A DNA stretch of 64,000 bases from Azolla caroliniana (taxonomy: Eukaryota > Plantae > Polypodiophyta): positions 6,448,001 to 6,512,000 of the forward strand of contig JBHGNT010000001.1 in the NCBI GenBank assembly GCA_043228905.1, read 5' to 3'. This document shows positions 11,201-22,300 of this stretch, piece after piece. The translations under genes and the position numbers were made by a program. The first letter of the stretch is position 1. Each line of letters begins with the position of its first letter. The notes under the pieces were generated by a model, which had not been told where the DNA came from, did not search any database, and saw only the letters and a list, made by a program, of their open reading frames with translations.

Positions 11201-14200
11201 CAATAGAGAAATACAAACATGTAGATGCCTCCAAACAATTTGAATGTTCCATATAAAGCAATAGAGAATGTAAGCAAAGTGCAATCACATTGAGATTGCA
11301 CTTTGTGGGAAACTATCTCGTAAAGCTATTTCATTGTCTCAAATACGTGATGAGACATTGCTGTCATATAATGTCATATGCACACATATCATCCTGTCTA
11401 ATCCTATGAAGTGTGATGTACCTGGTTCAGGAGAAAGGAAGAAACACACTCCGAGAACAGCATCAGATTCCATGGTTTTTCTTCAAAATACATTGCATCG
11501 TTTGCACTATTTCAACTATATAATAGATTGTGCATGTGTACACAAAATCATATATAAATCAAACTATATATACATACACTATATATTGAAAATCACAAGT
11601 ATATACAAACATGCCTACACATAGAAACACATATATTTATCACATATGTATATACACATACATACACTTGATATATGTATATATATATATATAATATATA
11701 TATATATATGTACATATACATACATTTATGCATGTATATCAATCCACATGTTGGTCAGTTAGATGAAACTGTTGAAACGCATCAAATAGATGACTATATC
11801 AATGGAATTCATTGGAGCATCATTTGTACTATTTCAGGAGTGTAAATTGCAGCCCCGTAAACCATGTTAACCATTATGAAACAGAATAGGCATTATTGAG
11901 TAGGCAAATAAAATTGATGGGGACATTATAATTTTCTTAGAAGCCAAAAGAACACATTGATTGGGCACAGGCATCATATCATAGCCACTAAAAGTTTTTA
12001 ACAGTCTTTACTGAAACCTCTCAGTTAGGCAGCTCCAAGTGTGGAGCATAGAAATCAATGCTCGAGACTATTTTACTAATTGGCTAATCAATGCCAATAA
12101 GCTCTGAAGCCTAACGAAAACAGCCGTGAGTAGGGGATAGACGCCAGAAGTTATTTGCTTTCGTTTTTATGAAGCTAGCTGATTCAATAATACAAGAATT
12201 TCAATCAGCAAATCATGTTCATGCCCTCTGGAAGTGGAAATTTGAAATGTAAGATAAGTTGTGTTGCACATTTTACATTTGGAGAGAGAGGTGATGAACC
12301 TGCATAGTTCAACACTATTGATCAGTCAATCAAGGAAAATGTAAAAAACAGAATATATGGACAACCTAATAGCAGGAGCAATAAAATTAGCTCTAAAAGC
12401 ATAGCTTTAACCTAATACATAAGTCTTTCCAAGAAATACGATAGTTATTTTCATATTTTTGCAGCATTATGTTGACCTAAACCGCGAAGTTGGGAAGGAA
12501 TTTTGATGGTAATGAGTTATGAAGATGAATAGTACTTGGGACTGTTCTTGCCAGAACTCACAAGATATAACATTGATTGTTGAAGGACAATAATACAGCC
12601 ACAACAACTCATTGACAAAGAAACATTACAGATTTCTTCAGCTCCATCTCTCATGCTACGGGCAAATCAAGGGCTACACAGGTAGGGTCTTGACTATGAT
12701 ACTAGAAAGTGGTCATGATAGATTGTGCAATGGCAATTTGTCATGATGTAGGCATGGCCATCTACACCACAGCCTTATTATATTTGCCATCAACAGATAG
12801 AGCCTATTATGAGCGGGCACTGAAAATGTTTCCTTCCCATCACCTTTGTCATCAATAGATAAAGACCATTATCAGCAGGCATTGAAAGTGCTTCCCTCCC
12901 TCTGGAGAACAAATGTTAAAGATCTTCCATCTTGAATTAGCCAAATGTTGAATATCTTTCACTCTAAGTTCAGAATCCCAAATGTAATGGCACAACAGCG
13001 ACAAGATAGTGTTACCAACTGCCTTATTCGTTGGTGGCATATGGTTTTTGGACTTGCTCAGCAAACATAGTGACAAGCCGGCGATAATAGCATATATTCC
13101 CTGATGAACTCTTCGAGTTGTTTACCATTTTTGGAACCTGAAATGGCATTTAAGCAGGCTCAAAGATAACTAATACTATCATTTCTTTTAAAAATAACCC
13201 GTCCCCAGGTTGGATGCAAATATATGATTCACCCTACGGTGATAAGTGCTTAAAGCAATTGTTAACTTGAGGGGGTGGAGGTCACCTACTCTGCTCTATA
13301 TATGATTGCACCCTTTCTAAGGCTGGATGCAAATATATGATCCGCACTTGTTAACTTGAAGGAGATCCCAAAGTGCTGAATTCTACGGCAAGAGTTGCCT
13401 TGTGTTGGTCCTTGGTGGCAATCACGATTTGGTTATACACCAAGAATCCATCAATTAAACCATAAGCCTCTTTGCCCACTTGTCATTCTAAATATGCTTG
13501 ATAATGGGACCGGGTAATTATAATGGTAGTGGCTTCATTAACTTTATGAGAATCAACGGACCACTGAATCTTACAATTCTTCTTAGGAACTATTACAATG
13601 GGAGATATCCATGTGGTGTGTTCTATGGAGCATATAATCCCGGTTTTGTGCTTTCTTCTATCTCACCTTGGACTTCCTGTCTGCAGTGAGGGTCATCGAC
13701 CTAGGCCATTGAAAATTTGCTGCACATCTTACCTCATGGATATTGTGTGCATGACAACTGGGTGGGGCACGTTCATCTCATCATATCTCCACGCAAACAC
13801 ATCCTTGAATTCTTAAGGAGTGTAACCAAGTCATTGTCCACCTTCAGTTTTAGATCTATAGCAATAAAAATTGGTTTGGGTTCTTTATCACCGCCTAGGT
13901 TAATCTGTCTAACTTGCTACAGGACAGACCTTTAGTATACCCAATAGGTTTACTACATTTGACTTGGAGAAAATCTACTTCACATATCCGAAAAATTGTT
14001 GAAGGAGATCAACTCCATTACTCTATTGTCAATGAACCCCTCACCTTCCCATCTGGTCTTCTTTTGTGTTTTCTAGTTGTCTGTTCTGAAGACGTAACTA
14101 TTTATAAGTCGCATATTTTAGCTAACCTGATTGGTCTTAGACCTGACTCAGCTTTGAAATACTTCAGCCATTAGGCCTTGCTCACCACTTCCTTGTGGTC

Positions 14201-15245
14201 TGATTCTATTGGGAAGTCACCTGGGACTTCAGAACAAGTTTGCAGTAACAAGATTTTAGAGCTACAAGAATTCACAAGTAAGGTGTATAGTCTGTATAGT
14301 ATCCAAATTGGATGCAAAATATTGATTATCTACCTTCCAAGTTATGTGATTGTTCAAAATACATGATCAAAGAAAATAATTTGGATGGTTTGAAACTACC
14401 TACGAGACCTGAGAAATATATTGTTTAATATTTGGATATATGTATCATGGATTAGTTAGGCACCTATACACACCTAACAGCTCATATTAACTGAGGCCTT
14501 CATCCCACCATGTAATAAGTTGGAGCCAATTTGAGGCCCCTTCCCTACTTATTTGCTTATGCAGGGTTGCTTCATCCAGCTTTAGCCATATATACTTTCT
14601 CTTTTATATGCTCATCTTGATGCCATTTTCTACAGCTAACTTACGGATGAGGCTTCTCAAGTTTTCACAACCTTCTCATAGAATTGTACTTTAAACATTC
14701 TTCCTTCATATACTTGGCCTCAAATTTTCTTTCTTCATATGTTTAGCCTCAGATATTGCTCACTTAAATATCCAGCAATGATACTCTAAACTGATGAAAT
14801 GAAAATACTCTTCTAGTGAACACTCAATAGGAAAAATTCTTCAACATTGAAGGAGATAAATAGAAAAAAAATGCTTCTTTAGTGTGCTTAACCTTGAATC
14901 TTCACATTCATCCATGACATCCCCATGAATCTAACAACCCAAACAGATGAAAACTTATGTCTTAGAAACACTCAATAGTACAACCTCTCTCCTTCAATAA
15001 GGATTGGCCTCTATTTTTCTTTGTTACTATTCTTATCCTCATTTTTTCTTTATTTAATCATCCAGCTATAATATCTCCAACCGATTCATGAAAAATCCCC
15101 CATTTCATACAAATTCGCAATCTTGCTGTTCCTATAAGCCTATAAATGAAAAGAATCTAACCTGAATTTTCCCCACAGCAACTTCTTCTGATGCACCAGT
15201 GATGCTCATGAACATCTGTATTGCCTCGGTCTGCGAAGGATCCAT
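5201..15245 (-). CDS. Plant UBX domain-containing protein (PUX8/PUX9/PUX13-like CDC48/p97 adaptor: UBA-like N-terminus, UIM motifs, C-terminal UBX); 11 coding exons
   Basis: Exons approx. 15245-15162, 10898-10837, 10383-9816, 9727-9665, 9575-9466, 9308-8900, 8476-8249, 7607-7443, 7163-7020, 6940-6884, 5305-5201, all GT-AG. UBA-like 'EAIQMFMSITGASEEVA...GDLNAAVNSFY'; UIMs 'EQEMLRAAIEAS' and 'DDDLARAVSLSLK'; 'LLREQQDDEYLASLQADREKE'; UBX 'VRMPDGTRQGRRF...LFNFID...YRLVRQYPRKAF...SLHDLGL...LFLELI*'. Confidence 0.92.
13050..13915 (-). mobile_element. Decayed Ty3/gypsy LTR-retrotransposon pol fragment (RT N-terminal half plus RT/RNaseH connection) inside PUX intron 1
   Basis: Minus-strand translation across stops and frameshifts gives 'QINLGGDKEPKPIFI...EFKDVFAWRYDEM', 'HTTWISPIVIVPKKNCKI..SVD..KVNEAT', 'GKEAYGLIDGFLVYNQIVIATKDQHKAT' and, at ~13060-13130, 'NGKQLEEF...YYRRLVTMFAE'. 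These are hallmark gypsy RT motifs. Confidence 0.85.
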
Positions 15246-15540
15246 GGAGAAATAACCAGAGAAACGAAGATTGCGAACTGGGGCGAGATCAAAGAAACAC
15301 TGAGAGAGGAAGAAAAGAAAGAAAGAAAGAAAGTGTGATCGGTCAGGGAAAAGCAAAACCTGGGAAATCTAAGACAAGAGAAGGAAAGAGAAAGAGAAAG
15401 AGAACGAAAGGGAGAAGAAAAGAAGAGACAAGAGGGAGGGAGGGGAAGGAACGATTCAGCCTGAGAAAGGAGGACTTACGAAGAAGGAAATTCGGAGGAG
15501 AAGGCTGAGCTCGATCGGATCGATATACGAGCGAAGCGGG

Positions 15541-15572
15541 GGCAGGCAGGCAGGCAGGCAGGCAGGCAGGCA
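15541..15572. repeat. (GGCA)n microsatellite in the PUX 5' region
   Basis: ggcaggcaggcagg..., about 8 units. Confidence 0.9.
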
Positions 15573-15790
15573 AAAGCAGAACCAAAAAACAACAGGAAAA
15601 TAGGAGCTTTGGAAGGAGACAGCAGCAGAACTCGCTTCTTCTTTCTTCTTTCTTTCTTCTTTCTTCTTTCTTCTTGTGTTTTGTTTTTGCGTGTTCAAAG
15701 AGAGAAAGCAAACACAGGAAAGGAAAAAGGAAAAAGGAAAACGAAAAAGAAGCCAAAGAAGCATGAGAAAGCCCCCCAACCCCCCCCCCC

Positions 15791-16163
15791 TTCTTCGTTT
15801 TTTAGTTCTGCCAAATTACATATATGACCCCTTCTTCTTCCTTTTTAGTTCTGCCAAATTACATATGTGACCCTCCCCCCCCCCCCCGGTTTCTTCTTCC
15901 TTTTTTTAGTTCTGCCAAATTACATATATGACCCCTTCTTCTTCCTTTTTTAGTTCTGCCAAATTACATATATGACCCCCTTCTTCTTCCTTTTTAGTTC
16001 TGCCAAATTACATATGTGACCCTCCCCCCCTTTCTTCTTCCTTTTTTTAGTTCTGCCAAATTACATATATGACCCCCTTCTTTTTCCTTTTTTAGTTCTG
16101 CCAAATTACATATATGACCCCTTCTTCTTCTTTTTTAGTTCTGCCAAATTACATATGTGACCC
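15791..16163. repeat. Minisatellite, 8 copies of a ~43-60 bp unit, upstream of PUX
   Basis: Invariant core 'tttagttctgccaaattacatat(a/g)tgaccc' separated by variable poly-C/CTT/T tracts. Confidence 0.95.
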
Positions 16164-19100
16164 ACCCTTCTCCCCTCCCTCTCCTCCATGTCGTCTCGTG
16201 TTCTTCTTAGACCCCCCCCCCCCCACCCGACCAAACCAAACCAAACGCTCTGCCCGTTATGTCACTCCCATTCATTTGTACACCTCGATCAATTCGTCCC
16301 TCTTGCCCCTTCTATCCATGCGTGAATCAAATAAACAGCAGCTTTCTTGTTCCCAAGACATCGAGCGAAAAAAAGGCATGTTGCTAGCACCAATCCAATT
16401 AGTTCTATTGCTTAATGTGCTTCCATGTCCGTGATTTCCATTGAGGTTATGGGCATTGTCATTTATAGTAAGCGGCCTTATATGATGTGACATACAAACT
16501 TTGTATGGTAAAATCAACACATATGATAAGATAGATACATACAATACACTCATACTATGATAAATCGAGGAGTTTCCCATTCAATTGTCTTTCTTTTTTT
16601 GCATTGCCTCTCTTAAGAGGCAACGTAGTAGTTCTCGTATATTTTAGGATTAAAATCTAATCGCTCTCTCATGAAACATTAACTCTGATGTTTTCTTTAA
16701 AATGGTTCACATTTGTGTTTTATTTACTATTCAATTCTCTTATCTTATGCATCGATTCAAATATCATCAACATGTGTCTAAACAATAATTCTCATGTTGT
16801 TGACATCTCATAATGAAGACATATTGTGTGGGTGGTTTTCACTATGGTTGATCAAGTGTTGCATTATATATGGAAATGCACAATTCAAGGGATCGATAAA
16901 GAGTTTGTTAGATATCGATTGTATGTTTAGGGCTATATGCCCTATGATGCAACATACATTAACTCAACCACCTACATGAAAATAAACCTCATACGCAAAA
17001 AAGAAAAATTTGAGAAAGCAAATGTCATGTCATGCCATGTGCTTGCTAGAACCAATAATCAAATAGGTTATACATGAACATTAGGTGATGATATTATTCA
17101 TAACCCAATCCAAATGTAGAATTTCAAAACTAAGGACCTTATGCTCCAATATATGATCATTAAGGCCATTTCTATTACCCACAATGGGATGGATACGTTT
17201 TGATCACATCATGTGTAATTGATTTCATTTATATGCTTCCCATTTTTATATCTGTATGAAAAAACATTGTAAAAAGCACTTCAGAGTTTATCAAGATGAT
17301 ATCATGACTACAAATATATTTAAGTGGCCGTGAACTATTGGCAAAATATGATATATAATTCAATTGGGAAACGTTCAAGGTGCTTAACATAGACCATGAA
17401 TGTAATCTCAATTATTTCAATATTGAACAAAGTAGACTCAAAAGCCAATAGTTCCTATTACCGAATTTTGTAGAAGGCTAGGAAGCATAGTGATTGGATA
17501 CCACATGACATGATATTTTCCAAACGTATGAAAGAATCAACCGTGACTTAGTTCAAGAGCCACATGATTGAACAAAGCAACAAACCAAACAAAAAGCTAT
17601 ACACAAAAAAGATCCAACCTCGAGAACTGTGGGGGCCAATAAAACTAGCTCCATAACTGAGAGAAACACAAAACAAGAACATCTTAGTGCCACACCCAAA
17701 GGAGGAAAAGCAAGATCACAATAGGTGTCTCCTTGAATCACAATAAAAATGTTTTGCTGACTTTTGAAATTGGTTTGTAAATTATAATTTATAGCCATAT
17801 GTCTAATTAATTCTACACTAAATGGTTCATAGCTTAATGAAAGCCTTTAATTTTGAAGAATACGGGATTTCGCTAGAAAAGTCTCAGAATAGACAATGGT
17901 GGAAATCATCAGCAATGGTGATGACATCTCATAAAAGTTGGGTGAATTGATTGTAATATCTTCCAAATGTATCCTATTCCATTACTAGAACTAATGTAGA
18001 GTGGTGTATTGATTGTTACGTCCTTGAAAATCTGATGTTATGGAACTAACATGTGGTTGGGATTTAGAGCATGTTATATGCCACACTAAGTAAGATAGAA
18101 GCAAAGTGCATTCCCATTTTGTGAACACCACAAGAAAACAAAATACAACAGCTTTGAATGTGTGAAATTTATAAAAGCAAGAATCATACTTGGTCTCAAT
18201 AAGAAATAATTCCGCAACCATTGCTAACCATTGCTTTACATGAAACTAGTTGTCTATTATCTACATTGGTAGGAGACAACAGGTTTTTTTCATCTTTGAT
18301 TATAGAGAGAATTCCATCTTGCAGGTAGATTCCATCTAACCCCCTTACAATAGCGTCTTTCTACCATCATGAGAATGCATAGCAAGACAATTTCATACTT
18401 GTAAGCAATAGCGTCTTTCTACCATCATGAGAATGCATAGCAAGAAGGTATTGGCTAACCTTGTAAGCTAAGAAGCCGTTTTTCAAAGCTAAGATCATGC
18501 AATCAGTTGAAAAGACCAAAGCAAGAGAGAGCATTCCATATACACAATACCATGCAATCGAGTCCAATTCAAACTAGAACTTAAATAATACATTCACACA
18601 ATTTCCAATGCCAACTTTAAAACTTCAAACTAGAACTTAAATAATACATTCACACAATTTCCAATGCCAACTTTAAAACTCAGTACACGCATTAACCTTT
18701 TAGGTCCTCTCACTGATCAATAAAATAAATAATTACAAGTGGAAATTTTGAAGTACCTGACCAGATGCATTATCATACAAAATCAAAAGAATATAAGCAT
18801 TAAATTATAAGTGTTTTGATTGGTACATGTAAACAAACGTGTTGGGTTGCATGAGCATTGAATAAAACTGTTCCTTTCTTGCCTTTTTGGTCATAAAACC
18901 AACCATTCTAGGCAGTCAATCATCCACAAACAGGTAAAAATCATCATCATTCTAAAGTGATTGATTTTTGTTTACAGCTCTCTTCGAATTCACATCCATG
19001 AAGATGGCATAAGGTTTAAAATATAAACATTCCTGGTGGGGGGATCTCCCAACAGATTATTGAATGTGTAGGGATATGATAACACCCTAAGCGCATAAAT

Positions 19101-19354
19101 CATATCATGTACAACATTGGATCCTTTTCTCTATACTACAAAAGTGTTTTGCTTCTATATCCAAAAGAATTACTGCCCAATAAGCCACACAGAATCGAAG
19201 CAAAGGACTTTCCCATTTTCGTAACAAGAAGATTGGCATTAACAATCCATACAACATGTCGACTGAAAAGGATGACATTGTGCTGCTTCATTCATGCCAC
19301 TTTTTGTATCAACAAGACGAGAGAGAGGACAGGAGGATAACCACGAAGAGTTGC

Positions 19355-22300
19355 TTAACTACGCCAACCAACTCTTGGAATCAATGATTTCGAGCTCCCA
19401 CCATCCGAGGTAGGAAAGTCGATCTGTTCTTGATCCCCACTCTGAACAAAAAAGAACATGCTCTCTTAATCTCTTAATCTCTTGAATGACATATGATAGT
19501 CCATTCATCAAACTGTGAGTTCAGCATCCTATATATATAAATTATGAGTTCTAACATGCTCTCTTAATCTCTTGAATGACATATGATATTCCATTCATCA
19601 AACTGTGAGTTCAGCATCCTATATATATAAATTCCTTAACCTGCCTCCAGTTAAGGAGGCATTCACCTGCTCGAGGTCTAACTGTTATATTTAATGGGGA
19701 TTGGCTTTGTGTCATTTTATATTTGCATGCATTAGGGGCAATTACAAAACCAAACAAAAGAGCACTTTACTCTCTACTCACTAGAAAAAATATGTGATGG
19801 GATGTGCAACAGGATGCCCCAATGTGGTCAAATACAAAGCATGACCAGGATTTGTAATTTTTTAGTAAAAAATGGCATAACTTCTTCACAGCCACTTCAC
19901 CAAATTCTTTGCAATGAATTGTCAACCTTGAGAGCAATTTGTATAGATCTAGCAAATTACCCATTTTCCAGGCTAGCGAAGTACATCTCTTGAGAGGGGT
20001 TTGTTTTGTTTTTTAAATTGGCACCTAAAAGGGTTCACTATCAACATGTGGATTTATGGTATTTTACTTATATCTCTACCTGTGCTGACTCTGGCAACGT
20101 CTTTCTCAATCTGAGATTCTGGTGAGACAATCTATGCTCCTGATGTTGGTTTTGTACAGCCCTGAAATGTTGAAGCTTAGCTTGAAAATCACCATTGCTC
20201 AAGTCTGAACTTGCTTCTCCATCTTCAGTTATTTGCTGTATCTGAGCATATGAGCTGCTCGATGGTGACCTTCGAACAACAAGCCCAGGAAATTCGGATG
20301 TAGAATTTGATGAAACATGCATTAATGCATACACTGGAACTGTTTTCAACCTTGTCCTTAGAATCTTAAATGCCATGCTTTGCTGAAGAAAGTTTAATGA
20401 AACAAGCACCTTCATGTTACCTCGATATAAAAGAAAAAAGAATATCAAATTCTCATGTGAAATGCCGAATAGATTTTACCTGGGGTAATAACATCAGAAG
20501 TCCATTAAGGGCTTTGATGAGAGCAGGGTATCGACCAGGATCCAACAGCTGCACAGAAATTATAGAAATCCAATAGATCCTTTTCACACACAATGGCTAA
20601 AAATGAATGCATTCAATCAACCTTGGACACATGCTGAGAAAAACAAACCTGCAGTCTCAAGTAAGTAAATATAGGAGTCTCTAACAATCTCACGAGCTTA
20701 TCTATTTGAACAAGGAACTTCACATTTACGTCATCTTCTCCTAGGGATTGAATGACCCTAATAGCATGTTGGTATGCCTGAAATGCTTCAACAAATTATT
20801 CATCTACTTGTTAATAATAATAAGAATAATGATAATGAATCTCCAGCTTAGCCAATTCAAAAAGGAAAAACCTGTGCAAGCAAACAAAGACTTATTGTAG
20901 CCATAGGTGAGTGACACCATGTTTCATATAGTTCACAAAAGAATCGTTCACCATCTGGGTTGAAGAGAGATTGTTTTAAGCGAGCTCTCAAGTCTGCTAG
21001 TTCTGATGCGGTAAGAAGAATTAGGTTTAGCACCTACACATGCACAAAAATTAGTTATTGCATGGAATTAGAGCTTGACAAGCACTGAGCACAATCCGAA
21101 AACTGAATACAATATATAAAGGGCGATAACTACCTGCACCATTTTGGTTACAAATTCTAGATCTGTCTCCCTCTCCAAAATAGCTGCAAGTACTTTATAG
21201 ATATTTACAGCATCAAGAAGCACACACAACTGACGGATGATAAGAGTCCCTTGCCTGAAAGAGAGCAAGTCATCAACCACTCACCCATAGCTTTTGAAAT
21301 ATTATGAACCTAGAAGAACTAAAATTTCAAAAACAGAATTTCATCACTGCCTGCTGATTGACTGAAAAGGGAAGTAGATCAATGAGTACATTATATGGCT
21401 TGTAGAATATTCTGTTGCCGCATCCCGTCTGAATAGCAATTCTCTCAGGGATGCAACAAGCTAGTCAAGGAAGAGAGGTTCAATTTCCTTGGTTATGCAT
21501 CATGATCTGCCCCTGATTTGACTTGGTGATTCTGGCTTCCCCAGCTTGTTGCATGAAAAGCTGGTGAGTCGAGGCTCGTGTCCCTTGTCTTAGGTTTTTA
21601 GCATGAATTGGGGTTACACTATTCAATAACATTCTTGCAATTAAACCCAAACACTGTTGGATTGTCCTTTTCCGGATTTCCCATTGCCTCATTATGTATG
21701 CAGCTAATATGAATGAGTGTCATCTAAACATCTTACACATTAAAATAACCTCAGTTTAAACTCCCATGACCACACATTGAGAAGTGCTTACCTATCCTAG
21801 ACACATTGTTTGCAAATAAATGTCAACAAGAGCAACTTCTCTAAAATTAGCAAATGAGGAATGCATATGGACGTTTTGTATGAGTGTCAAACATACAGTA
21901 TTAGTTGATATAGAGCTTCAAGTGGCATCCTCCCAAAGTATGTTCAGCACAAGAAAGTTTTATAATTCACTATAGGATTGAAGATCATGAGATAATCATG
22001 TTTCTGGCCATGCTATCTTTGAGGTAGTCTCTCAACCTACATCTTATATCTATGATGACAGAGTGTTTATTACCGGATCACTAATTCGGTTGCATTAATA
22101 CAATCTAGTTATCTAAATCAATCATTTAATAAAACTAGCATATTTGATATTAACATTTCTTACTTTTCAAGCAATGTCTGATCACCACGAAAACGACCTA
22201 CAAGTGAAGACATCAATGGGTGGAAATGTTGTTCATCCTTCGCGATGCAAGCAAAGATATCAAGCAGCAGCAGTACCACCTAAATCAATGAGATCAAAGA

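Noticed and set aside
15221-15870. Several overlapping ORFs (95-137 aa) upstream of PUX
   Set aside because: Products of purine/pyrimidine-rich low-complexity 5'UTR and promoter sequence (poly-K/E/R or F/L/S)
15791-16163. CRISPR-like look (constant ~30-bp core with variable spacers)
   Set aside because: The spacers are just C/T homopolymer variants rather than unique sequences, there are no cas genes, and the context is eukaryotic. It is a minisatellite.
19633-19662. TCCTTAAC (U12 branch-point consensus) on both strands within a small inverted repeat in the last VAC14 intron
   Set aside because: The intron donor is U2-type (GTAGAG), no GTATCCTT/ATATCCTT donor is present, and the motif is ~200 nt from the acceptor that fits the reading frame
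21413-21458. Small hairpin (tgttgc..gcatccc / gggatgcaaca) in a VAC14 intron
   Set aside because: Too short for a pre-miRNA and no convincing C/D or H/ACA boxes; could occur by chance
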